DNA of 64,000 nucleotides from an uncultured Chloroflexia bacterium (GTDB taxonomy: Bacteria; Chloroflexota; Limnocylindria; Limnocylindrales; CSP1-4). The stretch lies in assembly GCA_963819655.1 (NCBI GenBank), contig CAWFXA010000001.1:192001-256000 (forward strand), given 5' to 3'. A model generated the notes under the pieces. That model saw only the letters and a program-made list of their open reading frames with translations, was not told the DNA's origin and did not search any database. Positions 48,475 to 59,628 of this stretch are shown here, in pieces (the first letter of the stretch is position 1; each line of letters begins with the position of its first letter). Both the position numbers and the translations under genes were made by a program.

Positions 48475-48915
48475 TCAGATCTCGGTGACCGACCGACGGT
48501 CGAAGACCCGGAGCAGGGCCAGGATCAGCAGTTCGACGAGAGTCCAACCGATCAGCGCGACGATGGCCGCGATGTCAAGGACCTGTCGACCGGCTGTCAC
48601 GCGATCGAGCTGGAACATACCGCGGAACGGCTCGACGAACGGGTCGGTGATGTTGAGGATCAGCTGGACGACGTCGTTCCCGGGGTTCGCGACCAGCAGC
48701 AGCAGGATGATCCGCAGGATCAACGCGACCTGTAGCACGCCGAACAGGAACGTGACGAACCGGCCAAGGATCGCGGCGACGCCGGGGCCGGCGGGCTTGT
48801 ACGCACGCTCTGTCGTCCGGACGGCCGTCGATCGAGGCTCGGGCGCTGCGGGAACGGGCGCCACGGGATCGGGGGGCGTGGTCTCGTGCGTGGTCGTGCG
48901 CTCGTAATCGGTCAT
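48475..48915 (-). CDS. YggT-family membrane protein
   Basis: LILRIILLL...NITDPFVEPFRGMF...LDIAAIVA; AGGAGG SD. Confidence 0.8.
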   Translation of the reverse strand: MTDYERTTTHETTPPDPVAPVPAAPEPRSTAVRTTERAYKPAGPGVAAILGRFVTFLFGVLQVALILRIILLLLVANPGNDVVQLILNITDPFVEPFRGMFQLDRVTAGRQVLDIAAIVALIGWTLVELLILALLRVFDRRSVTEI

Positions 48916-49112
48916 GGGGTGGCCTCCTGGGCTTCCGAGCCGCAGGATGCCGTCGAGATCCAGCTGAGCGCACATCACGTGCCCCAGCACAGGCTTGCAG
49001 GGGCATCTCAGACCCCGTGGTGGTGCGCGGCGACCCCGCCCCGCGCACGAGCCTCAGTGGGCGAAGAGTCCCGCAGGCTCAGGCCGAATGAAGCGTGATG
49101 ACGTGGCCGACG

Positions 49113-49877
49113 TTACCCGATGACGTCGACGCGGTCGCCACCACCGGTCGGGTCGGCCTCGACCACGACGGGTCCGACGAATTGCGCGATGTATTCGAGA
49201 AACAGGACGATGAAGATCAGCACGCCGGTCATCTCGAGTGCCTCCTCGATCGTCAGGACCAGGATGTAGAGCAGCGAGCCGCCACCGAACGTCGAGGCGA
49301 GGTAGTCACCGATGGCGTCCGACCCGAGCACGCCGACCAGGTACACCAGCCCACCGATGGCGAACCAGGTCCGCCAGCGCCGGGGCAAGGCGCCGAACCA
49401 TCGGCCGAACAGCGCGACCGCGACGGCAATCGCGACCAGGCCGAGGAGCCCGAGTCCGATCAGCGGCAGCGGGCCCTCGGTCGCGTCCATGGCCCGGCGC
49501 AGCACCTTCGTCGCCTGCGAGTGGACCCCGATGACCTCTTCGAGGGAGAGCGCTGCGAAACCGATCGCGAGCAGGGTCCACTGGAGGACGAACGGGCGAC
49601 CCCTGCGACGAGCTGCGATCGCGATGACGCCGAGCATCGCACTGACCGCGAACAGCGTGATGGCCGCATACCACGTGGGGATGCTCGCCTCCGCATTGAC
49701 GTCGAACCAGTTGGTGACCCTGTCGAGGTACTCGTTCTCGACGATGACGAACTCCGAGATGAGCTGGCCGATCAGGCTCATGACACTGAGGAGCACGATG
49801 AGCCCGGCCAGCCATCTGGCCAGCCGTCCGACCGCGAGGGAGAGTTCGAGGGACTCCTCTGCCCGACCCTCCCCCAC
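49113..49877 (-). CDS. Hypothetical multi-pass membrane protein
   Basis: About 7 TM segments; FDVNAEASIPTWY, LSLEEVIGVH, IEEALEMTG. Confidence 0.75.
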   Translation of the reverse strand: MGEGRAEESLELSLAVGRLARWLAGLIVLLSVMSLIGQLISEFVIVENEYLDRVTNWFDVNAEASIPTWYAAITLFAVSAMLGVIAIAARRRGRPFVLQWTLLAIGFAALSLEEVIGVHSQATKVLRRAMDATEGPLPLIGLGLLGLVAIAVAVALFGRWFGALPRRWRTWFAIGGLVYLVGVLGSDAIGDYLASTFGGGSLLYILVLTIEEALEMTGVLIFIVLFLEYIAQFVGPVVVEADPTGGGDRVDVIG

Positions 49878-49879
49878 CT

Positions 49880-51415
49880 CTACCGCGTCCGCGGGAACCC
49901 CAGATCGACCTTGCTCGTGCCCGGATCCGGCCAGCGTGACGTGACGATCTTGGCCCGCGTGTAGAACTGGATGCCCTCGGGGCCATACATGTGCAGATCG
50001 CCGAACAGGCTCGCCTTCCAGCCACCGAAGCTGTAGTAGGCGACTGGCACGGGGATCGGCACGTTGATCCCGACCATCCCGGCGTTGACCTCGAACTGGA
50101 ACTGGCGCGCTGCTCCGCCGTCGCGCGTGAAGATCGCCGTCCCGTTGCCGTACGGGTTCTCGTTGATGAGCTTGACCGCCTCGTCGTACGTCTTGACCCG
50201 GACGACTGTCAGGACCGGGCCGAAGATCTCGTCGCGATAGGCATCCATCGAGGTGGTGACGTTGTCGATCAGCGACACCCCCAGGAAGAAGCCGTCGCTT
50301 CCGCCGTACAGCGGGTGCTCGCGGCCGTCGGTCACGACCGTCGCGCCCTGCTTCTGGGACGAGTCGATGTAGCCCGCGACCTTGTCGCGATGCTGGCGGG
50401 TGACGAGTGGCCCCATCTCGGCGGTCGGGTCGGAACCGGGACCGACCTTCACCTCGGGGAGCCGCTTGGAGATCGCGTCGACCAGGGGGTCGGCCACATC
50501 GCCGACCGCCACGACAGTCGCGATCGCCATGCACCGCTCACCGGCCGAGCCGTACCCGGCCGACACGGCCGCATCGGCAGCCATGTCGATGTCCGCGTCC
50601 GGCAGCACGATCATGTGATTCTTCGCGCCGCCGAGCGCCTGCACGCGCTTGCCGTTCCTGGTGCCGGTCTCGTAGATGTAGCGCGCGATCGGCGTCGAGC
50701 CCACGAAGCTGACGGCGGCGATGTCCGGATGCTCGAGGATTGCGTCGACGGCCACCTTGTCGCCGTGGACCACGTTGAACACGCCGTCGGGGACGCCCGC
50801 TTCGTGGAGCAGCTCGGCCAGGAAGATCGACGCCGACGGGTCCTTCTCGGACGGCTTGAGGATGAACGTGTTGCCGGTCGCGATGGCGGTCGCGAACATC
50901 CACATCGGGACCATCGCCGGGAAGTTGAAGGGCGTTATGCCCGCGACGACACCGAGCGGCTGGCGGATCTGGTAGACGTCGACGCCGGTGCTCGCCTGCT
51001 CGGTGAACCCGCCCTTAAGCAGATTCGGGATGCCGCACGCGAATTCGAGGTTCTCAAGGCCACGCGCGATCTCACCCAGCGCATCCGACGGCACCTTGCC
51101 GTGCTCGGCGGTGAGGTGGGCCGCCAGCTCATGTCGGCGCTGGTCGACCAGGTTGCGGATCTTGAACAGGATGTCGGTGCGCTTGCTCAGCGACGTGGCG
51201 CGCCAGCCGGGGAAGGCGGCGCGGGCGGCGGCGACGGCTGCCGCGACCTCGTCGGCCGACGCAAAGTCGACGTGCTTCGTGACGACGCCCGTCGCAGGGT
51301 CGTAGACATCGCCCTGGCGGCCCGACGTGCCGGCCGTGGAGCTCCCGCCGATCCAATGGCTGATGCGCCCCGGAGAGGCGGCGCTTGTGATCTCGGGTTC
51401 GGCGACCTGGGTCAT
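49880..51415 (-). CDS. mmsA: CoA-acylating (methyl)malonate-semialdehyde dehydrogenase
   Basis: GITPFNFPAMVPMW, KPSEKDP, SFVGST, GGAKNH, GERCMA, GINVPIPVP. Confidence 0.95.
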   Translation of the reverse strand: MTQVAEPEITSAASPGRISHWIGGSSTAGTSGRQGDVYDPATGVVTKHVDFASADEVAAAVAAARAAFPGWRATSLSKRTDILFKIRNLVDQRRHELAAHLTAEHGKVPSDALGEIARGLENLEFACGIPNLLKGGFTEQASTGVDVYQIRQPLGVVAGITPFNFPAMVPMWMFATAIATGNTFILKPSEKDPSASIFLAELLHEAGVPDGVFNVVHGDKVAVDAILEHPDIAAVSFVGSTPIARYIYETGTRNGKRVQALGGAKNHMIVLPDADIDMAADAAVSAGYGSAGERCMAIATVVAVGDVADPLVDAISKRLPEVKVGPGSDPTAEMGPLVTRQHRDKVAGYIDSSQKQGATVVTDGREHPLYGGSDGFFLGVSLIDNVTTSMDAYRDEIFGPVLTVVRVKTYDEAVKLINENPYGNGTAIFTRDGGAARQFQFEVNAGMVGINVPIPVPVAYYSFGGWKASLFGDLHMYGPEGIQFYTRAKIVTSRWPDPGTSKVDLGFPRTR

Positions 51416-51539
51416 CGGAAGGTCCTCGTGGCACGCGTCGTCATCCGCGCCACGATACCCGGTCCGCCACGAGTTGCCATCCCGCCTCATGTCGGCAGCG
51501 GCTTGCGCACGGAGCCACGGCCGGACGGCGGGACGCCCG

Positions 51540-52403
51540 TCAGAACGGTCGGCGGGTCTCGGGATCCGGCCAGTTCGGCTGGGCGGCCGCGGCCCGAGCC
51601 TGCTCCCGACGAGGCCACCACACCGACAGCGCGACGGCACTGGCAGCAGCCGCGACACCGACGACGATCGCGATCAGACCGCCCGCTGGGAGGCTGCCGA
51701 TGACAGCGGGATCCCGCCACGTCACAGAGACCACGGCGCGTGCGGCGCACCAGCCCGCGAGCGCGACCAGCAGCCGTCGTCCGTCAGCCGATCGGAAGAG
51801 TCCGAGGGAGCTCGCCACGAGGACCAGGAGCCCGACGAGGACCGTGCCAATCGCCTCGTAGACCTGAGACGGATGCGACGGCATGGCCGGGGCCGCGGCA
51901 ACCCAGGGCCCGGGACCGAGATAGGCGGTCGCCCAGTCCCCATCGAACGGACGCCCCTGCCCGCTGCCGCCCAAGACCATGGTCAGCTTCCCGCCCGCGA
52001 TCGCCGCGAGCAGCGGGATCGTCGTGACGTGGGCCCATCGCCCCACGGGCGTCCCGAGCAGCGCCGCGACGATCGCCGCCGTACCGAGGCCGCCGACGAC
52101 GGCGAGGCTGAGCTCGAGGCCGCCGATCGAGGGATCGAACAAGCTCAGCGGACCCGTCGCGAATGCCTCCGGGACCGTCAGCGCGTAGCCGATACGGCCG
52201 CCGATGACCGCACCGGGCGCCGCGCCGATCGCGATGTACAGGAGATCGTCCCCCCGCAGGCCTCGCCTGCGTCCGAGGACCGCGGCGGCGGCCAGGCACA
52301 CGAGCACGACCGTCGCCAGCGCGAGCGTCTGCCAGCGCACGCTGATATCGGTGCCAAGGTGGAGCAGGGGGTCGAAGTCGAACGCGATGACGGCGATCGG
52401 CAC
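51540..52403 (-). CDS. Prolipoprotein diacylglyceryl transferase-like protein (divergent)
   Basis: FDFDP, IGGRIGY, HPSQVYE; several canonical Lgt residues are altered. Confidence 0.75.
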   Translation of the reverse strand: MPIAVIAFDFDPLLHLGTDISVRWQTLALATVVLVCLAAAAVLGRRRGLRGDDLLYIAIGAAPGAVIGGRIGYALTVPEAFATGPLSLFDPSIGGLELSLAVVGGLGTAAIVAALLGTPVGRWAHVTTIPLLAAIAGGKLTMVLGGSGQGRPFDGDWATAYLGPGPWVAAAPAMPSHPSQVYEAIGTVLVGLLVLVASSLGLFRSADGRRLLVALAGWCAARAVVSVTWRDPAVIGSLPAGGLIAIVVGVAAAASAVALSVWWPRREQARAAAAQPNWPDPETRRPF

Positions 52404-52642
52404 GGTCGCCGAAGTGTACCCGCGGCGGAGGTGTCGGCTGGCCGACACTCGGCGTGTCGCCTACCCGGTCCCGTCCGCGTGTCGCGCGCGACACGATGCC
52501 AGTCATCGGGCCGACGGCCTGGGGGGCCTCGGTCGCGATGAGGGGGAACGAATCGGAGGGGTCTGGGGGCCCGCCGATCAAGTCCCGGCGTCCGGCCCAC
52601 GGGGGGACGGGCCGGACGTCGTGATCCACCGAGAGGGACGCC

Positions 52643-53449
52643 GTGACCGCACGTCAAGGCGCGTTATCGGGATTGGATGTCACGCTGCTCGGTCGATTCG
52701 TGATTCGGACGACCGATGGGCGTGAGATCCGCATCGTCGGCCGCCACGCGCAGGCGCTCTTCACCTTGCTCGCGCTGACCTGCCGGCCGCGCACGCGTGA
52801 GGCGATCGCCACCGACCTCTGGCCGGAATCGCTCGGCGCCGCCACCGGCCCGCTCCGCCAGGCGCTCTATCAGCTGCGGACCGCGCTGGCCGCAGCGGGC
52901 CAGGAGCTGGATGCCGTCCTGGAAGCGGACTCCGAGACGCTCGGGCTTCGGCCGGAGGCGCTCCGCTCGCTCGACGTCGCGCGCTTCGAGGCGTGCACAG
53001 ACGACCCGTTCTGCGCCCCCGAGGCAGCCGTTGCGCAATACGGCGGGGATCTCGCCGAAGGACTCGGGCACGACTGTTTCGCCGGGGAGCGAGAGCGACT
53101 CGCGGATCGCTTCGAGGACGCCCTGGCCGTTGTCGCGCGACAGCGGCTCGAGGCCGGGGACGATGAAGGCGCGCGTCTCGCGGCGGAGCGCCTGATCGGG
53201 CGCGATCCGTTGCGCGAGGAGGCGCACGAGGTTCTGATCGCGGTGCACGGCCAGACCGGCACGCGATCGCAGGTCGTGCGCCAGTACCGGCGACTCTGCG
53301 ATGTCCTGGCGCGCGAGCTAGCCGAGGCGCCGCTACCCGAGACCGATGCCACCTACCGGGTCGCGCTCGCACGCACCATCGCACGATCCCGCGAGCGGGC
53401 CGCACAGCTGGAGCGCCCGTCCGGCACGAACCTCGCGGTCGTCGGCTAG
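52643..53449 (+). CDS. Stand-alone SARP/BTAD transcriptional activator
   Basis: LLGRF, REAIATDLWPE, LDVARFE, YGGDLAEG, DPLREEAH, ELAEAP.PET. Confidence 0.85.
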   Translation: MTARQGALSGLDVTLLGRFVIRTTDGREIRIVGRHAQALFTLLALTCRPRTREAIATDLWPESLGAATGPLRQALYQLRTALAAAGQELDAVLEADSETLGLRPEALRSLDVARFEACTDDPFCAPEAAVAQYGGDLAEGLGHDCFAGERERLADRFEDALAVVARQRLEAGDDEGARLAAERLIGRDPLREEAHEVLIAVHGQTGTRSQVVRQYRRLCDVLARELAEAPLPETDATYRVALARTIARSRERAAQLERPSGTNLAVVG

Positions 53450-53467
53450 GCCGGCCGCCGCGGGCGA

Positions 53468-53514
53468 GCCGCGGCGGCCATCGGGGCCGCGGCGCCCATC
53501 CGGGCCGCGGCGCC
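53468..53514. repeat. 18-nt tandem repeat, ~2.6 copies, between convergent stops
   Basis: GCCGCGGCG(G/C)CCATC(G/C)GG units. Confidence 0.7.
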
Positions 53515-53517
53515 TCT

Positions 53518-54501
<984 letters not shown>

Positions 54502-54559
54502 TCATTCTAGGCGGCGAGGGATGTCGAGGCCGGGCATCATCGCCCCGAGTGAGGCGCGC

Positions 54560-56224
54560 TCAGCCGGCGCCGGGATCGCTGCGGACGTCCGGCAGCGGTG
54601 TCGACGGGTCGACGATCGGACCAGCGTTACGCACGTCATCCGCCACGCCGTCGGCGTAGGCCGCGAAGTTCGCCGCGAACATCGATGCGAGCCGCTGTGC
54701 CTGCCGGTCATATGCGTCGGTGTCGGCCCACGTCGCGCGCGGATCGAGGATGCGCGCCGGCACATCCGGGCACTCCAGCGGGACCTCGAAGCCGAAGGTG
54801 GGATCCGTCCTGGTCGCCACGGATCCGAGCCGGCCGTCGAGAGCGGCGCGGACCGTCGACCGTGTGTGCGCGATGTTCATCCGCTCGCCGCTGCCATACG
54901 GACCGCCGGTCCAGCCGGTGTTGACGAGCCAGACCTGGGCGTCCTGCGCAGCGAGGCGCTCCGTCAGCATCCGTGCGTACAACCCGGGATGGCGCGGCAT
55001 GAACGGCGCCCCGAAGCACGCCGAGAACGTGGCGTTCGGCTCCTTGACGCCGACCTCGGTCCCGGCCAGCTTGGCCGTGTAGCCGCTGATGAAGTGGTAG
55101 GCGGCCTGGGCGTGGGTCAGGCGGGCGATCGGCGGCAGGACACCGAATGCGTCGGCCGTGAGCAGGACGACGGTCGACGGCTGTCCGGTCATCCCGGTCG
55201 GGTCGGCGTTGCCGATGAAATGCAGCGGATACGCGCCGCGGGTGTTCTCGGTGAAGCGCTCGGAATCGAGGTCGAGCTCGCGGGTCGTCGGATCGACGTC
55301 GACGTTCTCGAGCACTGTGCCGAACCGGCGGGTCGTCTGGAAGATATCCGGCTCGTACATCGGCGAGAGGCGGATCGTCTTCGCGTAGCAGCCGCCCTCG
55401 AAGTTGAACAGGCCGGAATCGCCCCAGCCGTGCTCGTCGTCGCCGATGAGCCGACGCTCCGGATCCGCGGAGAGCGTCGTTTTGCCCGTGCCCGACAGGC
55501 CGAAGAAGACCGCGCTGTCGCCCTCCGCGCCGACGTTGACCGATGAATGCATCGGGAGGACACCCTCGTCCGGCATCAGGTAGTTCATGACGGTGAAGGC
55601 CGACTTCTTGATCTCGCCCGCGTACTCGGTGCCGACGATGATGATCTCCATCCGCTGGAGATGGAGGAGGATCGCGGTCCCTGTGCGAGTGCCCTCGGTC
55701 GCGGGGTCGGCCTGGAACGACGGCACGCAGATGATCGTGAAGTTCGGCTCGAAGCCGATGAGCTCGGTCGCCTTCGGGCGCCGGAACAGGTTGCGCGCGA
55801 AGATGCTCGCCCAGGCCGTCTCGGTGAAGACGCGCAGTCGACGCTGATGGTCCGGATCGGCACCGATCAGCATGTCCTGGCTGTACAGGTCCTTCTCGGC
55901 GCAGTACGCGACGAGGCGTGCCCGCAGGCGGTCGTAGTGGGCCTCGCCGATCGGCCGGTTGATCTCGCCCCACCAGATCTTGGCGGCGCTCGACGGCTCC
56001 TCGACGATGAACTTGTCCAGCGGCGAGCGGCCCGTGTGCTTGCCGGTGCGCACCACGAGGGGGCCTTCAGCGGCGAGCAGGCCCTCGCCGGTCCGGATCG
56101 CATCCTCGACCAGCTCCGCTGTCGGCAGGTTCGCCTGGACGCGACGACCTAGCCGTGGGCGCGTCCGGACGTTGCGGGGTGTCGGGGGATGGTCGGGGCG
56201 TGTGGGTGGTCGGCTGGTAGCCAT
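54560..56224 (-). CDS. pckA: Phosphoenolpyruvate carboxykinase (ATP)
   Basis: TGRSPLDK, YAGEIKK, GLSGTGKTTLS, LIGDDEHGW, NFEGGCYAK. Confidence 0.97.
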   Translation of the reverse strand: MATSRPPTRPDHPPTPRNVRTRPRLGRRVQANLPTAELVEDAIRTGEGLLAAEGPLVVRTGKHTGRSPLDKFIVEEPSSAAKIWWGEINRPIGEAHYDRLRARLVAYCAEKDLYSQDMLIGADPDHQRRLRVFTETAWASIFARNLFRRPKATELIGFEPNFTIICVPSFQADPATEGTRTGTAILLHLQRMEIIIVGTEYAGEIKKSAFTVMNYLMPDEGVLPMHSSVNVGAEGDSAVFFGLSGTGKTTLSADPERRLIGDDEHGWGDSGLFNFEGGCYAKTIRLSPMYEPDIFQTTRRFGTVLENVDVDPTTRELDLDSERFTENTRGAYPLHFIGNADPTGMTGQPSTVVLLTADAFGVLPPIARLTHAQAAYHFISGYTAKLAGTEVGVKEPNATFSACFGAPFMPRHPGLYARMLTERLAAQDAQVWLVNTGWTGGPYGSGERMNIAHTRSTVRAALDGRLGSVATRTDPTFGFEVPLECPDVPARILDPRATWADTDAYDRQAQRLASMFAANFAAYADGVADDVRNAGPIVDPSTPLPDVRSDPGAG

Positions 56225-56453
56225 CTGGCGGACTCCTGGACGCGGACGATCACGGTACGGATCGACCGGCCGCGCGTGCCGCGTGCGCTGGTCGGGCTCG
56301 GGCCCGAGGAGACGCTCGCGGAGTCGGCTTCCACAGTCGCGCTTCGCTCGATGCTATCACGTTGCGGCTAGGTTGCGGCTAGGTCGCGAGGACCAGACGG
56401 GCCGTACCATGGTCCCTCCATCGTCATCGATCGCGCAGGCGAGGCCTCCCGTC

Positions 56454-57971
56454 ATGACCGACACGCTGATCCCCGACCGCGATCAGGCGGCCACCGAGGT
56501 TGCCGGACTCCGCCTCCGCACCGACTTGTTCATCGCCGGCGATTTCCGACCCGCCGTGGACGGTCGCCGGTTCGTGACCGAGAACCCGGCCACGGGCCAG
56601 CCGATCACGGATGTCGCCGAGGGCGGTGTGGCCGACGTGGAGGTCGCCGTCGCGGCAGCACGATCGGCCGCCGACCGGGGCGTGTGGTCGCGGATGGACC
56701 CGGGCGCCCGCAAGCGCATCCTGCTGGCGTGGGCCGATCTGATCGAGGCCCACGCGCGCGAGCTCGGGCTGATCGAGACCATCGACGCCGGCAAACCGAT
56801 CACCGACACGGTCGGACTGGACATGCCAGAGACCGCCGCGTGCATCCGCTGGCACGCCGAGGCGATCGACAAGCTGTACGGCCAGGTGGCGCCGTCGCCG
56901 GAGGGCACGGTCGCGACCATCACCCGCGAGCCGGTGGGGGTCGTGGGGGCGGTCGTACCGTGGAACTACCCGGCGCAGATGGCGGCCTGGAAGCTCGGTC
57001 CTGCGCTCGCGACCGGCAACAGCGTGGTCATCAAGCCGGCCTCATCGACCTCGCTCAGCCTGCTGCGGATCGCCGAGCTGGGCGCCGAGGCGGGCATCCC
57101 CGACGGCGTCCTCAACGTCGTCACGGGGCCAGGCGACACGGTCGGGGCGGCGCTGGGACGCCATCCGGATATCGACTGCCTGGCGTTCACCGGCTCGACC
57201 GAGGTCGGCCGACGCTTCCTCGCCTGGTCGGCCGAGTCGAACCTCAAGCGCGTGCTCCTTGAGCTCGGCGGGAAGAGCCCGCAGATCGTCTTCGGCGACG
57301 TGACCGACATGGCGCATGTGGCAACACAGGCGGCGGTGGCGATCTTCTGGAACATGGGCGAGAACTGCAGCGCGGGCTCTCGGCTGATCGTCCACCGCTC
57401 GCGGAAGGACGCGCTGCTCGAGGCGCTGCAGGCCGAGCTCGGTGCGTGGCCCGTCGGGGACCCGCTGGATCCCGCGACCAAGATCGGCGCGCTGATCTCG
57501 ATGCCGCATCTCGAGCGGGTACTGGGGTACGTGCAGGTCGGTCGCGATGAGGGCGCACGGCTGGTGACCGGCGGTGAGCGGATCCTCGAGGAGACCGGCG
57601 GCTATTTCCTCGGCCCGACGATCTTCGACGGCGTGCGCAACGACATGCGCATCGCGCGCGAGGAGATCTTCGGACCGGTCCTGTCGGTGATCGAGTTCGA
57701 CACCGAGGCCGAGGCGGTCGCGATCGCCAACGACACGTCGTACGGGCTGGCCGCGTCGGTCTATACCGACGATCTCAACGTGGCGCATCGGGTCGCACGG
57801 GACCTGCGCGCCGGGACCGTCGCCGTCAACGCCTACGCCGAGGGCGACATGACGACGCCGTTCGGCGGGTACAAGCAGTCGGGCTTCGGCGGCCACGACA
57901 AGTCGGTCCATGCCCACGACCAGTACACCGAGATGAAGACGACCTGGATCGCGCTCAAGCCGGCGGGGTGA
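56454..57971 (+). CDS. NAD-dependent aldehyde dehydrogenase (PuuC-like)
   Basis: VPWNYP, FTGSTEVG, LELGGKSP, GENCSAGS, EEIFGPV, FGGYKQSG. Confidence 0.9.
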   Translation: MTDTLIPDRDQAATEVAGLRLRTDLFIAGDFRPAVDGRRFVTENPATGQPITDVAEGGVADVEVAVAAARSAADRGVWSRMDPGARKRILLAWADLIEAHARELGLIETIDAGKPITDTVGLDMPETAACIRWHAEAIDKLYGQVAPSPEGTVATITREPVGVVGAVVPWNYPAQMAAWKLGPALATGNSVVIKPASSTSLSLLRIAELGAEAGIPDGVLNVVTGPGDTVGAALGRHPDIDCLAFTGSTEVGRRFLAWSAESNLKRVLLELGGKSPQIVFGDVTDMAHVATQAAVAIFWNMGENCSAGSRLIVHRSRKDALLEALQAELGAWPVGDPLDPATKIGALISMPHLERVLGYVQVGRDEGARLVTGGERILEETGGYFLGPTIFDGVRNDMRIAREEIFGPVLSVIEFDTEAEAVAIANDTSYGLAASVYTDDLNVAHRVARDLRAGTVAVNAYAEGDMTTPFGGYKQSGFGGHDKSVHAHDQYTEMKTTWIALKPAG

Positions 57972-58068
57972 GAGGCGGCCGTCGCAGGCCGTGTCATCAC
58001 CGCCGCACACCTGGTGACACATTTGGCGGGAACGTGGCGACACGACACGACTCGGATCCCGCCCCACC

Positions 58069-58098
58069 TTGACGCTCCCCGCGCCCAGCCCGTAGCAT
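58069..58098 (+). promoter_or_regulatory. Sigma70-type promoter for the riboswitch-thrC-like operon
   Basis: TTGACG-N18-TAGCAT about 20 nt before the riboswitch. Confidence 0.6.
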
Positions 58099-58119
58099 CG
58101 CTTGTACAACCGAAGAGCA

Positions 58120-58223
58120 CGTATCAAGAGATGGCTGAGGGACCGGCCCGTTGAAGCCACGACAACCTACCGACGCGAGGTCGGCAAGGTGCCAAGTCCG
58201 GGCAGGTTCTCCTGCGCGATACG
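58120..58223 (+). ncRNA. SAM-I (S-box) riboswitch
   Basis: P1 CGTATC/GATACG; ATCAAGAG..GCTGAGGGACCGGCCC..GAAGCC..CAACC...AAGGTGCCAAGTCC consensus elements. Confidence 0.9.
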
Positions 58224-58311
58224 GGTCTCTCCGGAGCCCCAACCATCGACCAGGGTTCTGACCCATCCACGACCGGTCCACGCCCCCGAAGCGCGACCCT
58301 GGAGACCGATC

Positions 58312-59628
58312 GTGACCACGCCGACCCTGACGCCCCTGACATCCTCACCGACAGCGACCGCCGATACCGGGACCCCGATCTCCGGTGCGCGGATCACCGG
58401 CATGGCGTGTCGCAACTGCGGACGGACCCAGCAGCTCGAGCTCGCCTACGTCTGTCCGGCGTGTTTCGGGCCACTCGAGGTGGCCTACGACCTGTCGGTC
58501 GTCGCCGGGACTTTGACAAAGGAGGCGATCGCCGCGCGAGCCCCCGGGATCTGGCGGTACATCGAGCTGCTGCCCGTCGAGGCGGTGCCGCTGCGGTCGC
58601 TGCCGGTCGGCTCGACTCCGCTTCTCGAAGCCGACCGGCTCGGCCCCGTGCTCGACGTCGAGCGTCTGTGGATCAAGGACGACACCCGCAACCCATCGCT
58701 GTCATTCAAGGATCGTGCGGTCGCGGTCGCCGCGGCGCGGGCCGTCGAATTCGGCGTCCCGGCTCTCGCCTGCGCCTCGACCGGCAACCTCGCCGGGGCG
58801 ACGGCCGCAGCCGCCGCCGCGGTCGGTCTCCCGGCATACGTCTTCATCCCGGCGGACCTCGAGCGCGAGAAGGTCGACCACGCGCTCGCCTACGGCGCGA
58901 CCGTCGTGCCGATCGATGGGACCTACGACGACGTGAACAGGTTGTGCCTCGAGGTGGCCGACGAGACGGGCTGGGGCTTCGTCAACATCAACCTCCGGCC
59001 GTTCTACGCGGAGGGATCGAAGACGCTCGCCTACGAGATCGCCGAGGCGCTCGGCTGGCGGTCGCCCGACGTCGTCGTGGCGCCGGTCGCGTCCGGAGCG
59101 ATGTTCACCCGCGTCGCACGCGGCTTCGTGGAGCTCGCGGAGCTGGGCCTGATCGAACGTCGACCCATCCGCTTCGTCGGCGGGCAGGCGGCCGGTTGCG
59201 CACCGGTCGCCGCGGCGTTCGCGGCTGGGACCGACGTCATCGAGCCGGTCCGCGAGCCCGACACGATCGTCCGCTCACTCGCCATCGGCAATCCGGCCGA
59301 TGGGCGCTACGTGGTGGAGGTCGCGCGCGAGAGCGGCGGCTCGGTCGAGGCCGTGCCGGACACCGTCACCGCTGAGGCGATCCGTGACGTCGCGCGGCTC
59401 GAGGGGATCTACCCGGAGACGGCGGGCGGCGTGACGCTGGGCGCGGTCGCGGCTGCCCGGCGCCGAGGGGTCATCCGCGATGGCGATGAGGTCGTCGCGC
59501 TTCTGACGGGCAACGGCCTCAAGACGCCCGATGCACGGACGCTTGGGCAGGATGGCGACGTCGGGCTCGCACCGGTCATCCGGCCGAGCCTCTCTGCGTT
59601 CGAGTCGTGGCTGGAGGCTCGGGCATGA
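58312..59628 (+). CDS. Threonine synthase-like PLP enzyme (possible O-phosphohomoserine sulfhydrylase)
   Basis: N-terminal CxxC...CPACFGPL, NPSLSFKDR, CASTGNLA, EGSKT, LTGNGLK. Confidence 0.85.
   Translation: MTTPTLTPLTSSPTATADTGTPISGARITGMACRNCGRTQQLELAYVCPACFGPLEVAYDLSVVAGTLTKEAIAARAPGIWRYIELLPVEAVPLRSLPVGSTPLLEADRLGPVLDVERLWIKDDTRNPSLSFKDRAVAVAAARAVEFGVPALACASTGNLAGATAAAAAAVGLPAYVFIPADLEREKVDHALAYGATVVPIDGTYDDVNRLCLEVADETGWGFVNINLRPFYAEGSKTLAYEIAEALGWRSPDVVVAPVASGAMFTRVARGFVELAELGLIERRPIRFVGGQAAGCAPVAAAFAAGTDVIEPVREPDTIVRSLAIGNPADGRYVVEVARESGGSVEAVPDTVTAEAIRDVARLEGIYPETAGGVTLGAVAAARRRGVIRDGDEVVALLTGNGLKTPDARTLGQDGDVGLAPVIRPSLSAFESWLEARA

Noticed and set aside
58102-58311. N-terminal extension of the thrC-like ORF
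   Set aside because: This is the SAM-I riboswitch leader; the coding start is GTG 58312.
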